Assembly (NCBI GenBank): GCA_004431415.1
Contig: QPMI01000036.1
Coordinates: forward strand, 310,001-374,000
Length of the DNA stretch: 64,000 bases
Source: Cyanophora paradoxa CCMP329
Lineage: Eukaryota > Plantae > Glaucophyta
Direction of reading: 5' to 3'
The position numbers and the translations under genes were made by a program. The notes beneath the pieces were generated by a model. That model was not told where the DNA came from. It made no database searches and saw only the letters and a list, made by a program, of their open reading frames with translations. Below are positions 25,650 through 37,249 of the stretch, in pieces. Numbering within the stretch: position 1 is the first letter of the stretch; each line of letters starts with the position of its first letter.

Positions 25650-27860
25650 CTAGTCCGGGGTGATGGGCTCGGACTTGAGTTGAGGGGCGGACGCCGCGGC
25701 GGAGGAGCAGCCCGAGGATGAGGCGGCGGAGGCGTCGGAGACGCGGCGGGGCTTGCGGGAGAAGAAGGAGAGGAAGGGGCGGCGCGCCGGCCCGGGCTGC
25801 CCGCTGATCCACTCGAGGGCCCGCTCGAGCTCCTCCATGCGGGGGTGGTTCCCCGCGAAGATGTGCCCGAAGCGCGTCGAGTAGAGGGCGAGGGCGCGGC
25901 GCAGGAACTTCTCCGCCTGGCGCGGCTGGCCGTCCTGGAGGTAGGCGCAGCCCATGCGGTAGTAGGCGTGGGCGTGCAGCGGCGTGCGCTCCTCCTTGTC
26001 GGCGCGCTCGAGGACCGCGACGCTGACGCGGACGGCGCGGAGGCGGCGCGCCTTCGACTGGGCGCTGCGGGCGTAGTGGAAGAAGGGGATGACGTCGAGC
26101 TCGGGGGCCCCCGGGTCCTCCCGGCACGCCGCCACCAGCGCCTCGGCGGCGCGCACCCAGGTGGCGGCGAAGGCGAGCGGGCTCCCCTGCAGCAGCTGCG
26201 TTAGGCCCAGGTCCAGCTGCATCCGCGCCCGCAGCAGCCCGAACTCCCCCCGCCCCGCCCCCTCCAGCCCCTCCAGCAGCGCCACGCCCCGTGCCGCCGC
26301 CGCCACCGCCCCCGCCGGCTCCCCCCGCCACGTCGCCGTCGACACTGCGCGGCGACTCGGCGCCGGCAGAGCGGGGCGGGGCGGGGCGGGGCGGGGCGGG
26401 GCGCACTCTGCATGCGGATCTCCTCGAGCTGGGCGAGCACGCCCTCCTCCTCGGTGCCGGCGAGGCGGTAGGCGCTCTCGCGCACGGCGAGGGCCGTCGG
26501 CGCGCTGAAGGCCTCGAAGAGCAGCTGCGCCAGCCGCGGCACCAGCGCCGCCTCCTGCGCCCCGGCGTCGGCGACGCTACGCAAGGGGCCGGGAAGGAGA
26601 AACGAAGAGGGCGGACGAGGGGGCTGGGGGCGAGCTGGCGCCTGCGGAGCTCCGACCAGGCGACGAAGTAGGCGGGGACGGCCTCCTCGTCCCGCTTCCA
26701 CGTGTCCAGCAGGAAGGCCCGGAAGCAGAGCGCCTTGGCGCGCAGGGCGCCGGGGGCGCGCTCGAAGGGGAGGGAGAGCTCGTCGGCGCGCAGGGCGAGG
26801 CGCTCGGCGGTGGCCCAGTCGAGGGCGAAGAGCTCCGGGCAGGCGCGCGGCGTGTCCGTCGTCCCCGCCCGCACCAGCGCCCAGCAGTGCTCCAGCAGCA
26901 CGTCCGCGTCCTCCTCGGCCCAGCAGGAGCCGGCGGCGGCGGCCGGGTCGCGCCAGGCGTCGGCGCGGACGGGGAGGGGGGCGAGGAGGGCGTCGGCGAG
27001 GGCGCGGAAGACGGCGGGGACGAGGCTCGCGCCCACGAGGCCCGAGGCCCGCAGGAGCGCCAGGTGCGAGCGCAGCTCGCTGCGCCCCCGCAGCGTCCGG
27101 AAGAGCGGCAGGTTCAGCAGGCGCGCGTCCGCGAGGGCCCGCGCGAGGCGCGACTGCTGCTCCCGCAAGCTCGGCCCCGGGTGCAGCGGGGCCGCCCCGG
27201 GGGCCCGCCCGAGGCTGTGCCGCAGCGAGTCCGCCGCCGACTGCGCCCACGCCAGCAGCGCGTCCGCGCTCGCGCCCTCAAGGCGGTACGGAGGCGCCGC
27301 CTGTGGCCGGCGTCGGACGGGAAGCAGGGGGCAGGGGGGCGTGCGTGGTGCGCACGGCCTGGGCGACGACGAGAGCGGCGGCGACGGGCTTTGGCGGGGC
27401 CGCCGGAGCGAGAAGGCCTTCAAGTGAGGCCCGCAGGTCGAGACCGGCCGGAGCCGGCTGCCCCGGGGCCCCGTTGACGGCCTCCGGGGTGACCTCGGGC
27501 TCGGCGGCGCCCTCGGAGGCGGCGTCGTTCAGGCTGAGGCGCTCGAGGTCCGCCTCCAAGTCGAGCGCCTGCAGCGCGCTCCGCACAATCGGCTTCGCCG
27601 CCTCTTCCCGCGCCGCCTCCACCGCCTCCGCCTCCTCTGCTCGCAACGTCAGCACCCGCCGTGCGCTCGCGCCGTCCGCTCGGCGCCCAGCGGGACGCGC
27701 GCGGACCCTCGTCGGAGCCTGCAGCATCCGATAGCAGCAGAGGGCTGAGCGCCGAGACGGAGGTGCAGCCTGACGACGCCGACGACGATCCAGAGCTCCC
27801 GCCGCCCGTGCTCCACCGCCGGCGCTTCCGCGGACCGGCCCCGTCGGCCGTCTGCACCAT
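25650..27860 (-). CDS. Alpha-helical/TPR-containing protein, multi-exon
   Basis: N-terminal PRKRRR (NLS-like). C-terminal AHAYYRMGCAYLQDGQPRQAEKFLRRALALYSTRFG...NHP is kinesin-light-chain-type TPR-like. Confidence 0.65.
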
Positions 27861-29530
27861 CGGACAGGCTACAACTCGCGATCCGCGCTTCCCAATGTCC
27901 CGCTAGCTGTGGCGATATCCGAAGCTCTTCTTCGTTGTTGCACCGCCCGCCGCAGCTGATTTCTCAGCCTTAGCAGCTACATACAGAATCAAAGAAGATT
28001 CGAAGAAGTAAAAGCTGGCTGGCGGCGGAGACCGGTTGATGTCTCGCTGTCTCGCCTCCGGATCCTACCTAGCTGACTTGCGCCCCGCGCGCGGGCGCCC
28101 TGAAATACTAGAAGATGTTGTTCTAACCCGAGTGTCCGAACGAGTGCAGGAGGAGCTGCGGAGCTGCGGTCATGCACTGCAGCTGGTTCGAGCTGGAGCC
28201 TCCTGTTCCCCGCCTTCTTCCCCCCCTCCAACCCCCCCCTCCCCCCCCCCCCCCCCCCCCGAGCTCGAGCTCGTCGCTCATGATCAAGCTAAGCTTAAGT
28301 TAAGTTCGTGCACCGCCGGCGCCGGCTTCGGCGCCGCTTTCATTATATATACTATGATAACTTGTATACGTAATTGGCGTTCCAGCCCGGCGCCCACGTG
28401 CACGCCGCGACCGCGGCCGCCCGGCCGCCTCCGCGGGGGAATTCGATCGCGAAGCCCAGCCGCTGAGCTGCCGCAGTGCAGCGCCCTATATATTTACCTA
28501 TCATAGTATATATTGATCATGCCATGATGAATTGCAATTCAATGGTTTGCACTGCGGCAAGCAAGGGCTAGCGGTGTAATTCTAGATCTGGCGCCAGCGT
28601 ACGCGTGCGTTGAACTTGAATGTTCCTACGCCTTTATATAGCCGCTGAGCTAGGCCTGCTTGCATGTTCCACAAGGGGACTGTCGGATCCCGGACCCCCG
28701 GGCCCGCCCGGGTCGATTAATATTGCAATTGCGTAATTCAATTCATGATCAAGCACACCATGGCACCTCTATCTTTTGCTATAAAAATATGGATCTGCTG
28801 CAGCTGGCACCCGTGGCCGCCCTTTCACACGGAATGGGGACCCAAGGTATATATATAGATTGCATCGACTGACGGTGATGCTACATAAACGTACAAATTT
28901 AAGCACATGTACACATGCACCCCTCAGGACCTGTCTGCGTATACGCGACCGAGGCGTGCTATAGCTACTCAGCTGGAACCCGCCCCTAACAGGGCTGAAC
29001 CCTAGATCAGCTGGAACCCTGGGCCAGATCTAGATCTCGACGGCCCTGCATGCATGCATGCATTGGCGTACGCGTCGTCATCCCGGCCAGCGCGCCGATT
29101 TCGGCCTCTTCGGTCAGCCGATTTCGGCCTCTCCCGTTCATTCATCGTCGGCGGTGGAGCCGTCTCGCGTTCATCGTCGGCCGTGGAGTCCTACTGCTCC
29201 ATGCAGTTCTACTGCACCGCAGCCAACCACTGGGGCTCAGCGGCTATGGACCTGTTGCCAGCTGGCGACCATAACATTACGGCCAACCACTCCACATGGC
29301 TACACAGCGAAAGCACCATCTAAAGATCCTTGCCAGCACCATGCTTCGTTTGGGACTTGCAATTTTCGTCGACTTGTGCACATGTCCAAGCAAAGGAATT
29401 CAAACGTGCCAGGCACTTCCAACAAACAGTGCACGTCCGCTCGATGAAGCGGGCGTCCGTTTGGTTAAGCTCTATGAACAACGTCTTACGTTTTTTTCCC
29501 ATCGCGCGGCGCCCGTTCCCCGGACCGGCA

Positions 29531-30393
29531 CGCCCCCACTACCGCCGGCACGAGTGCCGCCGCCAGCCCGGGCCCTGCGCCCCCGGCCCGTCGCGCCCGG
29601 CGGGCAGGGCGAAGCGCCCGCGGGGGAAGGGGGCGCGCACGGGCGTCTTCGGGGCTGAGGGTGACGGCATGCAGCAACAGCCGCCCTGCCTCAAGCCGCA
29701 CCGCAACCTGCCAGCCATGCCCACCGGTCAGCGCAGGTGCAGGTCGCGGGGCGCAGGGCGCACAGCGGCGTCGACGGGGCCCTCCCAAGGAGGCAGCCCC
29801 GTGGCAAGGCCGGCGGCGGCGGCGGCCTCGCTTGCGGCGGGGCGGAGGAGGCAGGCGGCGAGGTGGGGCCCGAGTGCGGCGGCGTAGGCGCGGGCGACGT
29901 CGGCGGCGGGGCTCGCGACGATGGCGCGCGCCGCGGCGACGGCTTGGCCGGCCACCTGCGGGTTGGCGCTCGCCAGGGCCGCCCGTAGCGCGGCGACGGC
30001 GGCCGAGTGGCGGCGGGGCAGGCCGGCGGGCCTCCACGGGGAGCGCCGGCAGCAGCGTCGCCAGCCCCGAGGGCCGCGTCGGGGCAGCGCCGCGTCGGGG
30101 CAGCGCCCGTGGGCGGGGCGTGGGACGGACCCGACGGCGTCGAGGGCGGCGAGGAGGGCGGAGGCGGTGGCGGCGAGGAGCTCGAGCCACCAGCGCGCCG
30201 CCTCCGCCCCGTCCGGGCCCTTCCCAGCAGCGGCCCCCGGCCCCGGCCGCCGCCCGCAGCGCCTTCAGGGCCTCCGGGGCGAGCTCCGGCGGGCACCGCG
30301 CGAGCGTCCGGCTCAGCAGCAGCAGCGCCGCCGGCGCGTAGGCAGCGAGCGGGCCCGGGGCCCGGCGGCGAGGGCCGGGGCGAGGAGGCGGGT

Positions 30394-30431
<38 letters not shown>

Positions 30432-33400
30432 AGGCGGACTGGGCGGGGGTCAATGTGGCGGCCTCGGCGGGGAGGCGGGGGCGGCGGGGAGGTGGCGGTG
30501 GAGGGGCAGCGCGGCGAGCTCGAAGAGGGCGTGGAGGGCCCCGGGGGCCGCCTCCGCCCCCGCGAAGTACGGCTCCCGCGGGGCCTGCTGCGCGACCGCG
30601 AGGGCCAGCTCCGCGGCCGCCCCTCGACGGCCGCCGAGGTCGCCGCGAGGCGCGCCGCGCACAGGGCGACGCGCAGGAGCTCCGCGAGCATGGCGGGGGT
30701 CACGGCGGGGCCGAGCGCCCCTTCCGGCCGCAGCAGCCGCGCCAGCGCCCCCGTGCACGCCGCCGCCTCCTCCGCCGTCGCCTCCCCGCCGCCCGCCCCC
30801 GCCGCCCCGCCCCGGGGCCCCCGCGGGGCCTGCGGGGCCGGCGAGGACTGCGGCGCAGAGGCCGACGAGGAGCTGCGCCTCGCGGGCGGGGTCGGGCCGC
30901 TCGGGCGCCGCCGCGGGGCCGGGGCGGGGGCCTGGTTGCGGTGCGGGGCGGGGGCGGGGCGGGGCGCCGGGGCGCTCCAGACGGGGGTCCCGAGGAGGGA
31001 GGCGAGGGCGCGGAGGGCGGGGCAGAAGGCGGCGCGGTAGGCGGCGGCGACGGCCGCAGGCGCCGGCCCCGGGGGGGCGTCGAAGAGGGCGAAGGGGGCG
31101 GCGGGGGCGGGGGCCAGCGTGAGGGAGAAGTCGCGGAGGAGGTCGAGCCAGTGGTGCCGCAAGGCAGGGAGGAAGGGGGCGAGGGGGCCGGCCGCCGGGG
31201 CGCACCCCAAGTGCACGCGGGCGAGGGCGGCGAGGAGGGCGAGCTGGACGGCGCAGGCGGCGCCCTCGCCGAACTCGTCGAAGCGGAGCTGGCGGAGGCG
31301 CTCGAGGGGGCCCGTGAGGAGCGCCAGCACGCGCTTCACCAGCACGCCGTCCGGCGCCACGCCGGCCCCCCGCGGGCTCAGCACGGGGCTCGCCAGGAAC
31401 GCCGCCGTCAGGCCGCACGCCGCCGCCTGCGTCGCCGGGCCCGCCTCCTTCGCCAGCGCCGGCCGCAGCGCCGCTGCGACCTGCGGGGGCCGGCTCGTCG
31501 GGGACAACGGGGGGGAGGCGGGGGCGGCGCGCCTGCGCCGAGTACTGCTCCATTAGGACGTGGCCCTCGTACTCGGGGTCCGGCACCTCCCCGAAGCGCT
31601 GCGCCGATTCAGCGCCGGCGCCGGCGGGCGGGCGGGAGAGCGGGCCTGGAGGAGGTCGAGCATGAGGGTGAGGCCCGGCGGCTGCAGCGCCTGCACAGGC
31701 GACGAGGCCGCCCCGAACCCGTACCTGCGCCCCGCCCGCCCCGTCAGCTCAGCCGCCGCCGGGGCCGCCGGGGCGGGGCGGGGCGCGCTTCAGAAGGTCG
31801 GCGAGGTGGAAGACGAGGAGGCCGGCGCCGGCCTCGGGCTCGCGCGCCCGCTCCGCCCGCGCGAGGGCCAGGTCGAAGTGCGCGGGGACGTCGCCACAGG
31901 CGCGCAGCAGGGCCCGCAGCGCCTCCACCGCCGCCGCCTTGGCGCGCCAGCCCGGCGCCCACGCCGCCACCGCCGCCTCCGCGGGGGAGGCCTCGGCGGT
32001 CCCGGGGGTCGGCGAGGCGGCGGGGGCCGACGAGACGCGCCCCGAGGCGGCGCCGGCGGCGAGGCCAGCCGCCTGCGGGGCCCCGACGCCGAGGCCTCCC
32101 CCTCGCCCCGCTCCGCGTACTTGGCCTCGCCCTGCGCGCCCGGCTCGGCGGGCGGCGGGCGCGCGGGCGCAGGCGCGGCGCACGGCGTCGTCGTCGTCCT
32201 CGTCGTCCCCGCCGGCGGCGCCGCCCTCCCGCTGGCCCTTGCTCGCCAGGCCCCCCGCCTGGCCGGCCCCCGCCGGCGCCCCGCCGCTCGCGCCCCCGCC
32301 GGCGCTCCCGAGGATGACGCGGCCGCAGAGGGCGGCCCAGGCGGCGGCGCCGGCGGGGCTCCCCGCGCGGAGGCGCCCGAGGAGGAGGAGGGCGGCGCGG
32401 GCGACGCGGGCGGCGGCGGGGTCTGTCTCGCAGTCGACCATGAGGAAGAGGTGCTCCTCGAAGCGCCCCGCGCACGCCGCCTCCGGCGCCCGCCGCGCCG
32501 CGTGCGCCAGGCACCGGGCGGCCACGCGGCGCAGCCGCGCGCTGGGGGCGAGCATGGCGGAGCGGAGGTAGGCGACGAGGGCGGCGAGGGCGGGGGAGCC
32601 CGGGGCGGGGATGGCGGCGGGGGCGAGGTCGTGGAGGACCTGCAGGCAGCGGGCCGTCTCCTCCTGCACGCCGGCGTCCCCGCAGGCGCGCAGCTCGGCG
32701 AGGAGCACGAGGAAGGGCCGCAGTCGCGGCGAGTCGGGCGAGGTGCCGAGCTCGGGCCCCACGACGGGGAGGAGGGCCGAGGCGAGGGCGGCGAGGGCGC
32801 GCTGCGCGGCGGGGTGGAGGAAGGCCTCCTGCGCGGCCGCCTGGAGGGCGAGCGCGAGCGTCTCGCGCACGTAGGGCGCGTAGGCCGGCCCCGCTGCGTC
32901 GGCGACGAGCGAGAGGGCGTGCAGCGCGGGCACGTGCACGCCGGCCGCCGGGTCCCGCCCCATCGACTGCAGCGCCGAGACCGAGAGGGGCAGGTGCGGG
33001 AGGCAGAGCGCGCCCCCGACCGCGCGGTGGATCGCCCCCAGGGCGAGCGCGAGGGCGCCGCGCGGCGCGGCGTCCTTGCGGGGCGCCTGCTCGGCGACGG
33101 TGCCGAGGAGGTTGGCGAGCCACTCGGTGCCGCCGGCGCGGGCGAGCTCGGCGATGCCGGAGGCGGCGAGGCGGCGGAGCGGGTAGGGGCCCTCGCGCCC
33201 CGCCTCGGCGGCGACGGCGAGGAAGAGCTCCTGGAAGGACGCCAACAGCTTGAACGACGGCGGCTGCCGCGCCCCCGCCCCCACCTCCCCGCCCTCCTTC
33301 TGCGCCCCGCCCGAGGCCCCCGCCGCCAGCGCCGCCAGCGCCCCCGCCCCGATCGAGGCGATGGTCGCGAGGGGCACCGCGGCGTTGCCCTTGCGCTGCG

Positions 33401-35270
33401 GGGGGGGGGGGGGGGGGGGGGCGCGTCGGAGGGGCCGGCGGGGCGAGAGGGGGCGGGGGGCGAGGCGGACGCGGATGGGGGCGAGGAGGGTGTCGACGGC
33501 CTGCTCCTGGGCCTCGAGCGGCAGGAGCGGGAAGAGCCGCGCGAAGAGCCGCAGGCTCGCGTCGCTCAGCTCCTGCCCCCCGCCGCCGCCTGCGCGCGCC
33601 TCAGCGGGGCCCGGCCGAGCAGGGCCGGCGGGCGGGGCGGACGGCGGCGCGGGCGGGGCGCATGGAGCGGGCGAAGAGGAACTCGGGCTCGAGCTCCACG
33701 GGCCCCTGCGCGGCGAAGAAGAGCTGCGCGCAGGCCGGCGTCAGGCGCGAGGGGCGGGCCGGCGGGCGATCGCCGCGCCTTCTCCTCCGCGTCGAGGGGG
33801 TGCCCCGAGGGCGGCCACGGCCCGACCACCGCGTCGGCGGGGCCCACGAGCCGCTGCCGGCCTGGTCAGCGGAGCGGAGGGGAGCGCGGGGGGCTGGGGC
33901 GGACGCGGAGGAGGGGCAGCGAGGGCCCCGCGGTGGCCTCCGAGGCGAGCTCCTCGATGCAGCGCTGCACGAGGGGCGCCACGGCGGCGGCCCCCGGGCC
34001 GGCCCCGGCCTCGAAGACGGCGAGGGGGAGCAGGGCGAAGCACTCGAGGTAGCGGCCCCGCACGCGCTCCTCGAGGGCCTTGACGGCCCCCGCCGCGGGG
34101 TCCCGCGTCACCCCCGTCTCCCGGATGCCCGCCAGGTAGCCGCCCGTGTTCGCCAGCAGCGCCACCACCGCCCGCGCCTCCTCCCCCGGGAAGAAGCCGC
34201 CCGGCGGCAGCTCCTCGCCCTCCTCCGCCGGGCCCGCCGCCTCCTCCCCGCCCTCCGCGAGCGGCCCGTCGCCCTCGGGGCGGCGGCGGGGCGCGTAGGC
34301 GTGGGCGACGTAGGCGCGGAGGGCCCAGAGGGCGGAGAGGCGACCGCGGAGGTCGCGCGCGACGTCGGCCTTCGTGCGGGGCTCGTCGGGCGGCGGCGCC
34401 AGCGCGGCGGCGAAGGCCGCGTAGAGCGCCTTGAGGCGCGCCGGGCCGATCCAGTCGGCCCGAGGGGCGCGGCGGCCGCGACGAGGGCCCAGCCGGCCTC
34501 GCCGCGGGCGGCGGCGGCGGCGGGGTCGCCGGCGGCGTACTGCGGGCGAGGAGCTGGAGGGCGCAGTCGAGGGCGCCCGAGGTGAGGAGTGGGGCACGCC
34601 GAGCGGGCACTTGGGGAGGGCCGCGAGGAGCCCCGCGAGCGCGTGCCGGCCCCGTGCATCGCCGTCGCGTGCTGCGCCGCCTCAGCCGGCCCGGGCCCGC
34701 GGCGGCGCACGGGGCGGGGCGGGGCGGGGCGGGCGCACGGCCAGGAGCTGGGCGCGCTGGCTGACCCCCGAGGCGAGCTCGACGTGCGCCAGCTTCACCT
34801 GCCGCCCCTCGCCTCAGGGCGCGCCGAGGGCGCCGGGGGCGGGGCGGGCCTGGTTGAGGGCGACGTTGACGAGGACGGAGAGGCGGTGCGGGGACGGCGG
34901 CGCCGGCGGCGCGGATGGCCCCCGCGGCGGCGAGGCGGACGGGCGGCGAGGCGTGCTCGAGGAGCTCCTGGGCGGCGGCGACGGCGCGCTCGCGGGGGTC
35001 CCCGACGGCGCCCTCGCCGAGGCACTCCAGCACGCCGGCGAGCTCGTTGGCGAGGGCCACCAGCACCAGCTCGTTCCCCGCAGCCTCGCCCCTGCCCGCC
35101 AGCCCCGCCGCCGCCTGCAGGGCCGCCCCGTACTGCGCCGCCAGGGAGGCGCGGGCGCGCTCGGAGGCGCCCTCGTCGGCCCAGGCGGCGTGGAGGACGT
35201 GCTCGGCGCAGGCGCGGGCGTGGCGGCGTCGGGGCCGCTCTCGAAGGCCACATGCTGCTCCCGGCGCCCC
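29531..35270 (-). CDS. HEATR5: HEAT repeat-containing protein 5 (HEATR5/SWEETIE/Laa1), truncated at both ends in this assembly
   Basis: VPDPEYEGHVLMEQYSAQ/VAAALRPAL, ALALALGAIHRAVGG, ALHALSLVADAAG, LLEHASPPVRLAAAGAIR. No N-terminal part before the C-rich tract at ~35300; 3' end replaced at 29530. Confidence 0.85.
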
Positions 35271-35459
35271 CCATCCACAGACCCTCCGGAGCCCTACCCC
35301 TTCTCCCTCAATCCCCCGCCCCGCCCTCCCCCTCCACCCGCCGCCCCCCTCCCCCCCCCCTCATCCTCCTCCTCCTCCCCTCCTCCCCCCCCTCCCCCTC
35401 CCTCCTTGTTCGTAGGCACACGCCCTAGAAAAAGAAGTATCCCATTATTAGACGAGGCC

Positions 35460-37180
35460 ACGAGCCTATCTTTGCCGAGTGGAAAAGTCGTCGGAGCTGG
35501 ATACGGGGCAGCGGGGCCGCTACGCGTTGCCGGGCGCCTGAGCGGCCTGCGGTGCGGCAGGCTGGGCGCGGAAGCGCGAACGGCTCCTCAGCAGCGGCGC
35601 GCCTCTGGGGCGAGGGCCGCGGCGGCGGAGCGGATGCGTCGGGGGCGCAGAGCCGAGCTGGGTGAGAGCTGGAGGGCGCCTGCTGAGGGCTGCGGGCCTG
35701 CAGCGCCCCCACTACCGCCGCACGAGTGCCGCACCAGCCGGCCTGCGCCCCGCCGTCGCCCGGCGGCAGGCGAAGCGCCCGCGGGGAGGGGCGCGCACGG
35801 GCGCTTCGGGGCTGAGGGTGCGGCATGCAGCAACAGCCGCCTGCCTCAGCCGCACCGCACCTGCCAGCCTGCCCACCGGTCAGCGAGGGCAGGTCGCGGG
35901 CGCAGGGCGCACGCGGCGTGACGGGCCCTCCCAAGGAGGCGCCCGTGGCAGGCGGCGCGGCGCGGCCTCGCTTGCGGCGGGCGGAGAGCAGGCGCGAGGT
36001 GGGCCCGAGTGCGGCGCGTAGGCGCGGGCGAGTCGCGCGGGCTCCGACGATGGCGCGCCGCGGCGACGGCCTGGCGGCCACCTGCGCTGCCGCTCGCCAG
36101 GCCGCCGTAGCGCCCCACGCGCCGAGTGCGCGGCGCGGCAGGCGGCGCGGCTCCACGGGAGCGCCGGCAGCACGTCGCCGCCCGAGAGCGCGCTGCCGCG
36201 CTGCGCGCCCGGGCGCCTCCAGCCTGCGCAGGCGCGTCGGGCAGCGCCGCGTGCGGGGCGTGGGCGGACCCGACGGCCTCGAGGGCGGCGAGGAGGCGGA
36301 GCGGTGGCGGCGAGGAGCTCGAGCCACCAGCGCGCCGCTCCGCCCGTCGGGCCCTTCCTAGCAGCGCCCCGGCCGCGCCGCCGCAGCGCTTCAGGCCTCC
36401 GGGCGAGCTCCGGCGGCACCGCGCGAGCGTCCGCTCAGCAGCAGCAGCGCCGCGGCGCGTAGGCAGCGAGCGGGCCCGGGCCCGGCGCGAGGGCCGGCGA
36501 GAGCGGTGGCGAGGCGGCGAGGGCGCGAGGGCGCGGCGCGAGCGGACTGGCGGGGTCATGTGGCGCCTCGGCGGGAGGCGGGGCGGCGGGAGGTGCGGTG
36601 GAGGGCAGCGCGGCGAGCTCGAAGAGGCGTGAGGCCCGGGGCCGCCTCCGCCCGCGAAGTACGGTCCGCGGGCTGCTGCGCGACCGCGGCACTCCGCGGC
36701 GCCTCGACGCGCCGAGGTGCCGCGAGCCGCCGCGCACGGGCCGCGCAGGAGCTCGAGCATGGCGGGGTCACGGCGGGGCCGAGCGCCCTTGGCCGCAGCA
36801 GCGCGCGCGCCCCGTGCACGCGGCTCCTCCGCGTGCTCCGCCGCCGCCCCGCGCCCGCCCGGGCCCCGCGGGCTGCGGGCGGCGAGACGCGGCGAGGCGA
36901 CGAGGAGCTGCGCTCGCGCGGTCGCCGCTCGCGCCCCGGGCCGGCGGGGCTTTGCGGTCGCGCGGGCGGCGCCGCCTCGACGGCCGAGAGACGAGCGCGA
37001 GCGCAGAACGCGCGTGCGGCGCACGGCCGCAGCGCGGCCCGGGGCGCGAAGAGGGCGAAGGGCGGGGGGCGGGGCCAAGGAAGTCGCGAAGTCGCCATGG
37101 TGCGCGGCGCAGGGGCCGGCGCGGGCGCCCCAGTGACGCGCGGCGCAGAGGCGCTGACGGCCAGGCGCCCTCGCCGCCGC
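35460..37180 (-). pseudogene. Deletion-riddled second copy of the HEATR5 3' region, including the true C-terminus (probable raw-read artefact)
   Basis: About 35704-37175 aligns by eye to 29531-31271 with very many 1-3 nt deletions. It continues past 29531 into an IQLR.DFS-like HEATR5 C-terminus. Confidence 0.8.
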
Positions 37181-37249
37181 CGGCGCGCCTCGAGGCGGGG
37201 CGCGCAGCCTCCGCAGCCGGGGCCGCGCCCGCGGACGTGACCGCTGGGC

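Noticed and set aside
28965-29025. AACCCT/CCCTAA telomere-like motifs
   Set aside because: Only three or four scattered hexamers, not tandem.
29921-34052. Very long plus-strand Arg/Gly/Ala/Pro-rich ORFs (also 9226-11958, 60084-62591 and many others)
   Set aside because: Stop codons are rare at this GC content; these are antisense or off-frame shadows of recognisable spliced genes.
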